Counted from the first letter of the stretch, positions 10,497 through 20,630 are shown. The stretch: DNA of 64,000 bases from Chloroflexota bacterium (GCA_027623675.1 JAQBVF010000009.1:32001-96000); one strand, 5' to 3'. Notes: generated by a model not told the origin, from the letters alone. Translations and numbers: made by a program.

Positions 10497-10551
10497 ATTC
10501 TGCGCCTACCGTATACCCATGTCAATATTGATAAATCGGCATTATCAATAT
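10497..10551 (-). promoter_or_regulatory. Sigma70-like promoter with adjacent palindromic operator
   Basis: Minus strand TTGACA-17-CAGAAT; inverted repeat ATATTGATAA-N7-TTATCAATAT at 10525-10551 abuts the -35. Confidence 0.55.
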
Positions 10552-10663
10552 CAATTCGCCAGCGATTACATCGTTACGCCGGCGATTTTTGTGACATCGG
10601 GTATGATTCCCGGCAAGGCAGACCGCGACCTAACGGAAGAACAAGCCTAAGGGCCGGCCACGC

Positions 10664-11431
10664 CTAGAGCGCGGCTTCGACCCGTTTCTTGAAATCTTCG
10701 CCGGCCAGACGAAGCAGGCCCTGGGATGAAACGGTAATGAAGTCGGCCCCCAGGTTGATGAACTCGGCCACTCCAGCGGCGTCGGCCGGCGAGTTGCCTC
10801 CGGCCCCCACATGTTTTCCCGAGCTCTTTATCTTGGGGATGACCTGCCCCATCAACCTTCGGACCTCGGCAGCCCCTGGATTGCCCATGCTCTGTCCCAA
10901 GTCACCGGCAGCCACGTGGAGCACGTCCACGCCGGGAACCGCCAGGATGGCATCCAGGTTATCCACCGCTTCCGTTTCCTCGACCATTGGAATCACCAAG
11001 ACCTGAGAGTTGATCCACTTGGCGGATTCTTCCCGGCCAACTCCAACCCCGTAGTCGTGGGCGCGCCCGCCTGCCACGCCCCGGCGTCCCTCCGGGTAGT
11101 AACGCGCGGCCTGGGCCACCGACTGGGCGTCTTCGGCGGTGTTGATGTGAGGCACGATGATTCCCTGCACGCCCCGGTCCAAGAAACGCAGTATGGTAGC
11201 GTCGGCGTGGTCCGGGATCCGGGCGATGGGGGTGATGCCGAAAACCTCCGCCGCCCGGACCATGTGCTCCACCTGGTCCAGGTCCATGGGGCCGTGCTCG
11301 CAATCGATCATCACGAAGTCGTAGCCGATAGCGCCGAATATCTCGACGATGTCTGGGGCGAAGCGGCTGACAATGGCGCCGTAGACCACTTTGCCCTCGG
11401 CCAGTTTTGCCTTGGTTGTGTTGGTTCGCAT
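10664..11431 (-). CDS. HpcH/HpaI aldolase family protein
   Basis: DFVMIDCEHG, LDRGVQGIIVPH, RYYPEGRRG, MVEE motifs. Confidence 0.9.
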   Translation of the reverse strand: MRTNTTKAKLAEGKVVYGAIVSRFAPDIVEIFGAIGYDFVMIDCEHGPMDLDQVEHMVRAAEVFGITPIARIPDHADATILRFLDRGVQGIIVPHINTAEDAQSVAQAARYYPEGRRGVAGGRAHDYGVGVGREESAKWINSQVLVIPMVEETEAVDNLDAILAVPGVDVLHVAAGDLGQSMGNPGAAEVRRLMGQVIPKIKSSGKHVGAGGNSPADAAGVAEFINLGADFITVSSQGLLRLAGEDFKKRVEAAL

Positions 11432-11508
11432 GGTGTGTGGAATCCTCTCCGATGATTGAAATGTTATCTCTATAATTTCTGGTATCTATGAGCCCCAGAC
11501 TCAAACAG

Positions 11509-11538
11509 TTGACAAGATGTCTTCCCGCATGCTATGAT
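11509..11538 (+). promoter_or_regulatory. Sigma70-like promoter with no downstream ORF
   Basis: TTGACA-18-TATGAT with extended -10 TG. Confidence 0.6.
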
Positions 11539-11542
11539 AGCG

Positions 11543-11638
11543 GAGCGTTGTCACAAATTGGTGGCGGCGCTCTTTTTTTGCCCTTTTATCTGGCGCTTAC
11601 ATCTGCTCACTCAAGTCCCTCAACCGAGGGGCTTTTTT
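11543..11638 (+). ncRNA. Candidate small RNA (about 95 nt)
   Basis: Follows the promoter; 5' hairpin GAGCGTTGTCAC/GTGGCGGCGCTC plus U-run, and a 3' terminator AAGTCCCTC/GAGGGGCTT-TTTT; no convincing ORF. Confidence 0.4.
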
Positions 11639-11651
11639 GTTGGCCGGGATC

Positions 11652-12651
11652 CTACTGATCGGTGGCCGATTCGGGGCCGCCGGCGAACCCAGGCATCACG
11701 TCCTTGGCGAAGCGCCGCAATGTGGGGATACTGGCCGGACAGTTCAGCAACACGTACTCCACCCCGATATCGTGGAGGGCCTGGATCTGTCCGCTAACGT
11801 GGTCCGCCGACCCATAGATGGTCCCCGCCTCGGCGCCCTCGCGCGTGTCTTGGAAATTAGCCTGCTGGGCCAGAGCTTGGGTCCGGCGGCGGGCGGCTAT
11901 GCGCGACTCGATGGCCCGGTCGTAATCGGACTGAGATTCGATGATATTCACGGAACGCGCCACCGCCACGCTCATGGGGTCGAAGGTGCGCCCCAGGGAC
12001 TCTACCTCCGCTTTGAAAAGGGCGACTTCCTCGGCAATCATCTCGAATGAATCGAATTGGCCCAGCAGCATGTTGAACCCCAGCTTGGCGACCTGCTTGA
12101 TGGACCTGGGGCTGCCAGCCCCCATCCGCAGCTGTGGATGGGGGCTGCTGGACGCTGGGCGGCTCGACCACCACGTCGTGGTACCGCCAGTAGGTCCCTT
12201 GGTGCGACCACGGTGCGTCCGACGTCCAGGACTTCAGCAGCACCTCCAGGCACTCCTCGAAGCGAGCGTCCGCCTCATCCATTGACATGCAGAACCCCTC
12301 GAATTCGCTGCGGCGGTACCCCTTGCCGATCCCGGCGTCGACCCGGCCGTTGGACAGCAGGTCCAGTGTGGCGATCTGTTCCGCCAGCAGGACCGGGTTG
12401 TGCCAAGGAAGCACGATGACCGCCGTGCCCAAACGCAAAGTGGTCGTGCGCGCCCCGATCCAGGTGAGCAGGTTCAATGTCGCCGACACCTGCCCAAAGC
12501 CGGTGAAGTGGTGTTCCACCAGGAACGTGCTGTGATAGCCCAGCGACTCTGCCTCAACGTTGCGCTCGACAAACTCGCGGAATCCCGCGCCGCTATCCAC
12601 ATTTGGCCCGCCGCGGCCCGCCTGTGCGCTCCCGAACATCCCGAATCGCAT
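11652..12651 (-). pseudogene. LLM class flavin-dependent oxidoreductase, frameshifted near 12140
   Basis: N-terminal half (EHHF, LAEQIATLDLLSNGR) and C-terminal half (MGAGSP..GSADHV) are in different frames; one extra C in a C-run. Confidence 0.8.
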
Positions 12652-12699
12652 GGTCTCTCCTGATCTTGGTGTACCGCCTATTGGTCTGAGAGCCGGGCG

Positions 12700-14487
12700 T
12701 CAGCCACCGCTGTGCTGCCGGTAGCGGTTCACTATGGGCAGGCGCCGGTCCTTTCCGAAGGCCCGGTGGGTTATCTTGACTCCCGGTGCGGCTTGGCGGC
12801 GCTTGTACTCGTTGCGGTCGACGGCGGCCATCACCTGGCGGACCACCTGGGGGTCCATCCCCTGGTCCACCATGTCCTGATAGCTGAGGTCATCCTCCAC
12901 GTAGGCCTGCACCACTGGGTCCAAAACCTCGTAGGGCGGCAAGCTGTCCGAGTCCAGTTGGTCGTCGCGCAGTTCGGCGCTGGGCGGCTTGTCGATGATG
13001 CTGGCCGGAATCACGCCGTCCCGAGTCCCGAAAGCCTGGCCCTGACCATTTCGCCAGCGGCATAGCTCGTAGACCTTGGTCTTAGGCACGTCCTTCAACA
13101 CGGCAAAGCCGCCGGCCATGTCGCCATATAACGTGGCGTAACCCATGGCCATCTCCGACTTGTTACCCGTGGTGAGCACGATCCACCCGAATTTGTTGGA
13201 CACGGTCATCAGCACGTTGCCCCGCACCCTGGCCTGTACGTTCTCCTCGGCCACGTTTGGGTCTGTCGCCTTAAACCGGTCCTTCAGCATGTCCTCGAAG
13301 GCGCGGTGGGCCGGCTCGATGGGCACCTCCCATAGCTCCATGCCCAGGTTCTTGGCCAGCGTTTCCGAGTCGCCGATGCTCCCCTGGGAGGAATACCGGG
13401 ACGGCATGGTGATTCCGACCACGTTCTCCTTGCCCAAGGCGTCCACGGCGACCACGGCGGTCAGGGCCGAGTCCACCCCGCCCGACAGGCCGACGAGCGC
13501 CTTGGAGAAGCCCGACTTTCGGAGATAGTCGCCGGTGCCCATGACCAAGGCGCGGTAGACCTCTTCGGGGCCGTTGATGGCGTCGGCGATGGTCTTGCCC
13601 GGCAGCGGCGTTTTACTTGCGGTTCCGGGGCCGGAGACGGTCATGGCTTTGGGCGTGCCCACGGCTGCGACAGCCGCGCTCGTAACGCCGGCCGGACCCT
13701 GCTTCCGGCTGGCTGGAGCGTCCTGGAATTCCAGGTCGGTCACGATCAGCGCCTCTTCGAAAGAGGGGCCGCGGGCCAACAGTTCGCCGGCCGAATCATA
13801 GATGATGCTGCCGCCGTCGAAGACCAGTTCATCCTGCCCGCCAACCGTGTTCACGTAAGCGACGGTCAGTCCGTGGTCCACGGCGCGTTGGGCGATCATA
13901 TCTTCCCGAAATGCGCGTTTGCCCGCCTGGAACGGCGAGGCGTTGATGTTGACGATCAGTTCGGCCCCGGCTCGGCACTGGACCGTCGTCGGCCCCACCG
14001 GATACCAGATGTCTTCGCAGATATTCACCCCGATGGACACCCCCTCGACGCGATACACCGGACAGACCGAGCCCCTCTGGAAATAACGCTGTTCGTCGAA
14101 CACGCCGTAGTTGGGCAGAAATATCTTGTGGTAGGTGTCCACGACCCGCCCGTCATGGGCCAGGGCGGCGGCGTTGGCGATCGGAATGCCCATGTCTTCG
14201 GGCCCGCGGTCATGGGAAAGTATGTTCACGTAGCCGATGACCGCCGTGATGCCCTTGGCGGCGGCGGCGATCTTTTCCATGGCGCCCACGTTTTCGGTCA
14301 GGAAAGAGGTCTTGAAGAGCAGGTCTTCGGGAGGGTAACCCGTGGTGGCCATCTCGGGGAAGGCAACCAAGTCGGCCTGGGCCTCGCGGGCGCGTTCCAG
14401 GTACTCAAGAATCTTGGCGGTGTTGCCGGCGATGTCTCCGACAGTTGGGTTGATCTGCGCCAGCGCCAGGCGTAAGGTCCGTGCCAT
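12700..14487 (-). CDS. nadE: Glutamine-dependent NAD+ synthetase
   Basis: Nitrilase domain (FPE, KIFLPNYGVFDE, ICEDIW) plus GLSGGVDSAL, TTGNKSE, PPSAEL. Confidence 0.95.
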   Translation of the reverse strand: MARTLRLALAQINPTVGDIAGNTAKILEYLERAREAQADLVAFPEMATTGYPPEDLLFKTSFLTENVGAMEKIAAAAKGITAVIGYVNILSHDRGPEDMGIPIANAAALAHDGRVVDTYHKIFLPNYGVFDEQRYFQRGSVCPVYRVEGVSIGVNICEDIWYPVGPTTVQCRAGAELIVNINASPFQAGKRAFREDMIAQRAVDHGLTVAYVNTVGGQDELVFDGGSIIYDSAGELLARGPSFEEALIVTDLEFQDAPASRKQGPAGVTSAAVAAVGTPKAMTVSGPGTASKTPLPGKTIADAINGPEEVYRALVMGTGDYLRKSGFSKALVGLSGGVDSALTAVVAVDALGKENVVGITMPSRYSSQGSIGDSETLAKNLGMELWEVPIEPAHRAFEDMLKDRFKATDPNVAEENVQARVRGNVLMTVSNKFGWIVLTTGNKSEMAMGYATLYGDMAGGFAVLKDVPKTKVYELCRWRNGQGQAFGTRDGVIPASIIDKPPSAELRDDQLDSDSLPPYEVLDPVVQAYVEDDLSYQDMVDQGMDPQVVRQVMAAVDRNEYKRRQAAPGVKITHRAFGKDRRLPIVNRYRQHSGG

Positions 14488-14662
14488 CTACATCCTCATT
14501 TGGGCTTGAGCCGAGTATACAGACTTCCAAATCGACATGCCAATCCAACCGGCCTTCGGCCCAGCGGCGGGCCGGTGGTGGACAAGCATTGCCTGCCAAG
14601 GCTAACATTCGGACACCGAATACGGACGCCGAGCACGGGTACAAACACACAGGAGAAGAACC

Positions 14663-15058
14663 ATGGAATACGCCATCAACCATGTCCACATCAGGGCCGC
14701 CGACCCCAGGGCGTCCGCAGCCTGGTACGAGAAGATATTCAACGCCAAGATCGTTTCGGAGCGCGAGGTAATGCCCGGCACCGTCACCATCGGCATGCAG
14801 GTGGGCGGCCCGACCCGGCTGAACATCTCCTCACAGCCCCAGGGTTCGTCACCCAAACGTGCCTCCGCCGAACTCAACCAGTTGGGCCTGGAGCATTTTG
14901 GATTCCATGTGGAAGACCTGGCGGCGGAGATGACGCGGCTGGAGGCCGAGGGTATCCGCGTGGTGCTGCCCCTTACCGTCACGCCCCAGGGCATCAAACT
15001 CGCCTACATCGAAGGCCCGGACGACGTCCTGATCGAGCTTGTCCAGGCCGCCGCTTAA
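14663..15058 (+). CDS. VOC/glyoxalase family protein
   Basis: NHVHIR, EHFGFHVED, GPDDVLIEL; GGAG RBS. Confidence 0.9.
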   Translation: MEYAINHVHIRAADPRASAAWYEKIFNAKIVSEREVMPGTVTIGMQVGGPTRLNISSQPQGSSPKRASAELNQLGLEHFGFHVEDLAAEMTRLEAEGIRVVLPLTVTPQGIKLAYIEGPDDVLIELVQAAA

Positions 15059-15106
15059 CAACTAGACCCGCCTAGATATAGATATAGATTAATAAGGTTG
15101 GATCCA

Positions 15107-16777
15107 ATGTCCCAAATGATGACCGGCAAACAGGCGCTGCTGGAGATGCTGAAAGTGGAGGGAGTGAAACACATCTTCGGCAATCCCGGCACCAGCGAAG
15201 CTCCCATAATCGACATGCTCGGCGACTACCCCGAATTTCAGTACTTCCTCACGCTGCAGGAAAGCGTCGCCATGGGCATGGGCGAGGCCTACGCTAGAGC
15301 CACTGAGAAGCCGTCCTTCGTTAGCTTGCATGTGGACAGCGGGCTGGCCAACGGCATCGCCATCATGCTGGACGCCCTGAACACGGGCACGCCCATGGTG
15401 GTGACCTCCGCCAACTACGACGCCCGCAAGATCAACGAGACCAAGACCGATCTGGCGGAACTGGTCCGCCCGGCCACCAAGTGGTCGGTGGAACTCAACC
15501 TGCCGGACCAGATCCCCTCGGCCATCCGCCGGGCGTTCATCGAGGCCAACAGCCACCCCAAGGGTCCGGTCTACGTCGGGTTCACCGCCAACGCCCTGGA
15601 GGGTGAGGCCGAGATGAACATCGTGCCGTCCAGCAAGGTACACGACGCCTACCGGCCCGACCTCCAGGCCATCGGGGAAGCGGCGTCGCTGCTGCTGGCG
15701 GCCAAGCAGCCCATGCTGATCGTCGGCGACCGGGTGTCCGAGGACCACGCCAACGACCAAGCGGTGGAACTGGCCGAGCTGCTGGGCCTGCCGGTCTACC
15801 AGTCCCGGGGCGCCGAGGTTTCCTTCCCGACCACCCATCCCCAGTTCTTCGGCAACCACACCCTGCGGGTCGCCCGGGGCCGTGAGGTGCTGGAGGAGAT
15901 GGACCTGGTGCTGGCCGTGGGCATGGACGCCATGGACGAATTGTTCTATTGGGGTGACATCATCCTTGGCCCCAACACCAAGTTGATCCACATCGACCCC
16001 ATCCCAGGCCGGGTTGGCCGTTCGGAACCCACCGATGTGGGCATCATTTCCCACTGCAGGCTGGGCCTGGAAGACCTGCTGGCCGCCATCAAGCCCCAGC
16101 TCACCCCGGCCCTGGAGCGGGAGATTGAAGCCCGCAAAGCCGAGGTCACGGCGGAGGCGGCGGCCAAGCGGAAGGCCTTCGATGACTCTGTCGCCGCCAA
16201 ATGGGACCAGAAACCCATGACTCCGGCGCGGATGATGTCGGAGTTGGCCGACGCCATCCCCGACAACGCCATCGTGGTGGACGACTCCATCAGCAACCGG
16301 GCGACCATGCGCCATTACTTCCAGGGCCAGAAACGGGGCGACCTGCGGGCGTTCCGGGGCCAGTCGATCGGCGGCGGCATCGGCACGACCATGGGCACCC
16401 AGGTGGCCAACCCCGGCCGGCCCGTGTTCGGCATCATCGGCGACGGCAGCGCCATGATGACCATCCAAGGCCTGTGGACTGCGGCCAACGACAACATCCC
16501 CTGCATCTTCGTCATCTGCAACAACGGCATGTACCGCGTCTTGAAGGTCAACTTCGACGTGTACCAGCGGGACGTGTTGCATCAGGAGGAATCGGCGGGC
16601 GCCAACCTGCCGTACTCCGACTTCCCCACTCCCTTCGACGTGGCGGCCATCGCATCCAGCATGGGCGTCCACGGCGAACGCATCACCGACCCCGCCGAGA
16701 TCGCTCCAGCCGTGCAGCGCGCCGTGGCGTCTGGCAAACCGGCGGTGCTGGACATAGTCATCGACGGGTCCTTCTAG
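15107..16777 (+). CDS. Thiamine pyrophosphate-dependent enzyme (benzoylformate decarboxylase-like)
   Basis: FGNPGTSE, LQESVA, GDGSAMM..NNG motifs. Confidence 0.9.
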   Translation: MSQMMTGKQALLEMLKVEGVKHIFGNPGTSEAPIIDMLGDYPEFQYFLTLQESVAMGMGEAYARATEKPSFVSLHVDSGLANGIAIMLDALNTGTPMVVTSANYDARKINETKTDLAELVRPATKWSVELNLPDQIPSAIRRAFIEANSHPKGPVYVGFTANALEGEAEMNIVPSSKVHDAYRPDLQAIGEAASLLLAAKQPMLIVGDRVSEDHANDQAVELAELLGLPVYQSRGAEVSFPTTHPQFFGNHTLRVARGREVLEEMDLVLAVGMDAMDELFYWGDIILGPNTKLIHIDPIPGRVGRSEPTDVGIISHCRLGLEDLLAAIKPQLTPALEREIEARKAEVTAEAAAKRKAFDDSVAAKWDQKPMTPARMMSELADAIPDNAIVVDDSISNRATMRHYFQGQKRGDLRAFRGQSIGGGIGTTMGTQVANPGRPVFGIIGDGSAMMTIQGLWTAANDNIPCIFVICNNGMYRVLKVNFDVYQRDVLHQEESAGANLPYSDFPTPFDVAAIASSMGVHGERITDPAEIAPAVQRAVASGKPAVLDIVIDGSF

Positions 16778-16853
16778 GCCGGAGCGGTCCGGTGAAAGGG
16801 TGTCAGGACAGAAACAGATGACCTAGGCAGGCGGGGGTAGACAGAGGTAAACG

Positions 16854-17351
16854 ATGGAAGCTGAGTTGGATATCTTTCAGACCGTGGTAGCCAAGGCGGC
16901 CGGCATCTCACCCGGCGGCCCATTGGCAGCGGTTTTCGCCGGCCGCCGCGACATCATGGAGTTGACCGAGCGGTCCCACAACGCCTCGCTCAAGCCCAAC
17001 AACCCTGGCGGGCTGAGCCATTCCGAGCGGGCGGCGCTGGCCTGCCGCATCGCCAAGCTGAACAACGAACCAGAACTGGCCCGGCACTACGAAGGCCTGA
17101 TGGACGGCGAGAACCATGGCCTGGCCGATACCGGGTTCGACGGCGGAAGTGACGCCCGGTTGAAAGCCATGCTCCGGCACACCGACTTGGTGACCCTGGA
17201 TCCCAAGTCCGCCGTGGCAAGCGACGTATCCGCACTCCGGGCGGTGGGAATGAACGACCCGGATATCGTCCGGCTGTCCCAGTTGATTGCCTTCGTGAGC
17301 TACCAGATACGGGTGGTGGCCGGCCTGCGGCTGATGGAGGAGGTGGCATGA
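16854..17351 (+). CDS. CMD-domain protein (non-catalytic AhpD-like)
   Basis: LSHSERAALA and DIVRLSQLIAFVSYQIRVVAGL motifs; ATGA overlap with the next gene. Confidence 0.75.
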   Translation: MEAELDIFQTVVAKAAGISPGGPLAAVFAGRRDIMELTERSHNASLKPNNPGGLSHSERAALACRIAKLNNEPELARHYEGLMDGENHGLADTGFDGGSDARLKAMLRHTDLVTLDPKSAVASDVSALRAVGMNDPDIVRLSQLIAFVSYQIRVVAGLRLMEEVA

Positions 17352-17941
17352 CCGAGCCGCTACGAAGATTCACCACCGTCATCCCCTTCTGGGAGCCCAG
17401 GGTTAAGCCGGTTGTGCTGGAAGAGGCAACCGCGGAACAGTTGGAAGCCATGAAGGTGACCGTCTCGGACACGTCCATCGGCAATTACACCCTGACCCTG
17501 GCCCTTGACCCCGAAACCCTGAAAGAGCGCACCCCTCTCTTCAACGGGATCATGTACGGCCGGGGCGGGCTGTCCCGTCAGGAGACTGAGATGGGGGCGG
17601 TGGCGGCCTCGGTGGTTAACCGCTGCATCTACTGCGCCGCCGTCCACGCCAACCAGTACAACCAGTTGACCAAGGGCGAAGCAGTGATGGACAGCATATT
17701 CGCCTCCGAAAAAGGCGACGGCGCCGGGGAAGCCGATATCGACTCTCGCCAATCGGCGCTGATGAACTTCGCCACCAACCTTTCCCGATCTCCTTCCCAA
17801 GCCACCAGAGAAGACGTGGAGCGCCTGGTAGAGAATGGCATGGGAATGGATGAGGTCTTCGACCTGGTGCTGTCGGCATCCCTGTTCGGCTGGGCCAACC
17901 GCCTGATGCACGTTCTCGGCGACCCCCTGCCCCAAGATTAA
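17348..17941 (+). CDS. AhpD-like alkylhydroperoxidase
   Basis: ASVVNRCIYCAAVH motif; FGWANRLM. Confidence 0.85.
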   Translation: MTEPLRRFTTVIPFWEPRVKPVVLEEATAEQLEAMKVTVSDTSIGNYTLTLALDPETLKERTPLFNGIMYGRGGLSRQETEMGAVAASVVNRCIYCAAVHANQYNQLTKGEAVMDSIFASEKGDGAGEADIDSRQSALMNFATNLSRSPSQATREDVERLVENGMGMDEVFDLVLSASLFGWANRLMHVLGDPLPQD

Positions 17942-17946
17942 AGCCG

Positions 17947-19320
17947 GTGAACTTCGCCCCGTTCCGCGCCCGGATCGCCAATTGGCTGCCGTTCTATTAC
18001 GGCTGGGTGATTCTGTCCACTGTCTCGGTGCCCAGTTTCGGAGCAAGGCCGGTCATGGCCGTGGCCACCCTCTCCGTGTTCGTGGTGCCCATGACCAACG
18101 AGTTCGGTTGGTCGCGGGGGCAATTCTCCGGCGCGGTCAGCCTGGGAGCCCTCTTCGGACTCATCGTCTCGCCCTACGCCGGCAAGCTGGTGGACCGTTA
18201 CGGCTCCGGGGTGATGCTCTCGGCTTCGTCGGCAGTGGTTGGGTGCTGCGCCATCGGACTCTCCCTGATCTCGCCGATCTGGTCTTTCTACGCGCTCTAC
18301 GTCCCCGGACGGGCGGTGTTCTCCAGTCCCCTTGAGTTGGGCACGTCCACGGCGGTCAGCAACTGGTTCATCCGCCGCAGACCCATGGCGCTGGCCTACA
18401 TGGGCATCATCCAGGGTGTGGGTCTCACCATCTTTCCCCTGATCGCCCAGGTGCTGATCAACGGCTGGGGCTGGCGCACGGCCTGGTTGGCGCTGGGGAT
18501 CTTCACCATCAGCAGTGGCATCGCCCCGGCTCTGGTGCTCATGGCGCGCCGTCCCGAGGACATGGGACTGGAGGCCGACCCCGATAAGAAAAACTCGAGT
18601 TCGGCCATCGAAACGCCGGTCTCTCAAGTACAGCCAGCCCAGGATGATTCCATTCCAGCCGGATCTGGCCAAGACCAGGCCAGCCATCGAACCGAATCCG
18701 ACTACACGGTCAAGCAGGCTCTGGCGACCAGGGCATTCTGGATATTGGCGCTCTTCTCGGTGTTCGGCTTCGTGGTGCAGGCCGGAGTCAGCCTCCACCA
18801 GGTGCCCCACTACATCGAACAGGGCGTGCCCACTCATCTGGCTGCATTGACCGCCAGTGTGTTTGCCTTTGGCCAGGTGCCGGGAGGGCTGTTTTGGTCG
18901 ACGCTGGCCCGGCGTGTCCCACTGCGGATATTGCTGGCGGCCTCGGGAGGCGCAATGACCGTGGGGGCCATTGGCACGGGTTTCAGCAGCACGTTATCCG
19001 CCGGACTGCCCATGGGGTTCTTGCTGGGTTTCGGGGTCGGCGGCATCCATCTGCTGCTGCGGCTGACCTGGGCCGACTACTACGGGCGGCTGCACCTGGG
19101 GGCCATTCGAGGGCTGACTCTCCCCGCCCAGATCGGCGGGCAGGCCATGGGACCCATCTTCGCCGGGTTCATGTTCGACGCCACCGGCGGCTATCAGGCG
19201 CCCTTCCTCGTGTTCGGCATCATCGTGGCCATCGGCGGGGTGATGGTGCTCGCGGCCACGCCACCCGGACCGCTCCCCCGGACCAGTGTTTCGGAACAGC
19301 CGGCGGTCAAGCCTGCTTAA
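17947..19320 (+). CDS. MFS transporter
   Basis: YYGWVI, GKLVDRYG, ADYYGR motifs; hydrophobic helices. Confidence 0.9.
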   Translation: MNFAPFRARIANWLPFYYGWVILSTVSVPSFGARPVMAVATLSVFVVPMTNEFGWSRGQFSGAVSLGALFGLIVSPYAGKLVDRYGSGVMLSASSAVVGCCAIGLSLISPIWSFYALYVPGRAVFSSPLELGTSTAVSNWFIRRRPMALAYMGIIQGVGLTIFPLIAQVLINGWGWRTAWLALGIFTISSGIAPALVLMARRPEDMGLEADPDKKNSSSAIETPVSQVQPAQDDSIPAGSGQDQASHRTESDYTVKQALATRAFWILALFSVFGFVVQAGVSLHQVPHYIEQGVPTHLAALTASVFAFGQVPGGLFWSTLARRVPLRILLAASGGAMTVGAIGTGFSSTLSAGLPMGFLLGFGVGGIHLLLRLTWADYYGRLHLGAIRGLTLPAQIGGQAMGPIFAGFMFDATGGYQAPFLVFGIIVAIGGVMVLAATPPGPLPRTSVSEQPAVKPA

Positions 19321-19958
19321 GGCCAGCTAGCCCGGGCCTTACGGCTGATCACGGCGAACATGGGGTCGTCGGGCGGGCTGGTCTTGGCGTTCAGGAAATT
19401 GCCCTGGATGTCCTCGAAGTTCTCCGCCGCCTCCATGTAGGTGCCCACCAGGTCGACCCGGCCCCGGTCGGTGGAGTTCCGCCAGATCAGCACGGCCTTG
19501 GTGGCGAACATGCGGTTGGAAAAACTGACGATGAAGACCCCGCCCGGCCTCAAAATACGGTTGACCTGGGCGAATGTCTCGATGGGCTTGGTCAGGTATT
19601 GGGCGGAGACGGTAATCACCACGGCATCAAATGACTCGTCGTCAAAGGGCAGTATGGGATTATTGTTCACGTTATGAACAACGATGCTGTCCAGGTCCGG
19701 ATTGTCCATCATCTCGACCTGGTTCAGGCCCAAGCCAACCAGGCGTTTCTTGGGGTGGCCGGCGGGCCAATGGGAGCGCCAACTGCTCATCAGGTCCAAC
19801 ACTTCCGAGTTCTCCGGTATCTCGTCCCGGAAGCACTGGGACACAGCTGCGATGGCCCCCGGGTCGATATGCACCACCAGGCGGGGAGACTGGTAGAAGA
19901 CGCCGTCATCCTCCTCGTCCTCGCGCTGGAAAAGTTCGGGTGTCAGTCTATTCTCCAT
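19317..19958 (-). CDS. Class I SAM-dependent methyltransferase
   Basis: FYQSPRLVVHID, VLDLMSSWRSH, LPFDDESFD, FSNRMF motifs. Confidence 0.9.
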   Translation of the reverse strand: MENRLTPELFQREDEEDDGVFYQSPRLVVHIDPGAIAAVSQCFRDEIPENSEVLDLMSSWRSHWPAGHPKKRLVGLGLNQVEMMDNPDLDSIVVHNVNNNPILPFDDESFDAVVITVSAQYLTKPIETFAQVNRILRPGGVFIVSFSNRMFATKAVLIWRNSTDRGRVDLVGTYMEAAENFEDIQGNFLNAKTSPPDDPMFAVISRKARASWP

Positions 19959-20183
19959 GATTGAATCTCCGTATCTCTCACGGACCGCATGAAGCGGCCC
20001 TTTGGTTGCGGTTCAAACGTGCCCCCTGGCACCGGCGGATTGTACCACGGCCTTGGCCGGCTCCAGATGGCTGGTGGCGCAGGCGGTCAGGGATTACAAT
20101 CCCGGCACTCTCCGTCCAAGTGGAGCGATTGAAGTGGAGCATCGGACCGGAGCACGAATCAGATTAACAAAGAGGTGATTGCC

Positions 20184-20561
20184 ATGGCTGAAGAGACCAA
20201 AGAGGAGATGCTGAAAAGGATCTCGGAGAACCGGGGTTACTCCCTGGAGATGCACCGGATCATGGCTGAGGTGGACCTGGATTGGGTCACCGCCTACAAC
20301 CAGTTCATCGACGCGACCTACACGGGGCAACGGCTATTGGACCGGAAGACCAAGGAATTGTTGCAGGTGGCGGTGGAAGCCGCTCTGAAAGCCGACGTTG
20401 ACCAGATACAGGCCCACATCCACGTGGCGATACAAGAGGGCGCCTCACCCATGGAAGTGCTGGAAGCCATGCAATGCGTGATCATGCCCATGGGCGCCCT
20501 GGCCTACCGCCGCGGCCTGCAAGCCTGGTCCGCGGAGACCGGCATCGGCCTGGACAAGTAG
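20184..20561 (+). CDS. Carboxymuconolactone decarboxylase family protein
   Basis: LDRKTKELL..HIHVAIQEGAS.EVLE pattern. Confidence 0.8.
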   Translation: MAEETKEEMLKRISENRGYSLEMHRIMAEVDLDWVTAYNQFIDATYTGQRLLDRKTKELLQVAVEAALKADVDQIQAHIHVAIQEGASPMEVLEAMQCVIMPMGALAYRRGLQAWSAETGIGLDK

Positions 20562-20593
20562 GACATTACTCAGGTTGAGACCACGTTAACCAG

Positions 20594-20630
20594 TAAGGGG
20601 CATCCCGAAACTATCGGGATGCCCTTAATT
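20594..20630. terminator. Intrinsic terminator hairpin
   Basis: GGGCATCCCGA-loop-TCGGGATGCCC between convergent genes. Confidence 0.7.

Noticed and set aside
15073..15090. TAGATA short tandem repeat
   Set aside because: Too short and low-complexity to assign a function
4970..16672. Long antisense or alternate-frame ORFs (e.g. 4970-5893, 5945-6937, 15089-16672; also 52399-53520 and 54016-55419)
   Set aside because: Shadow frames of well-supported genes, expected in high-GC DNA
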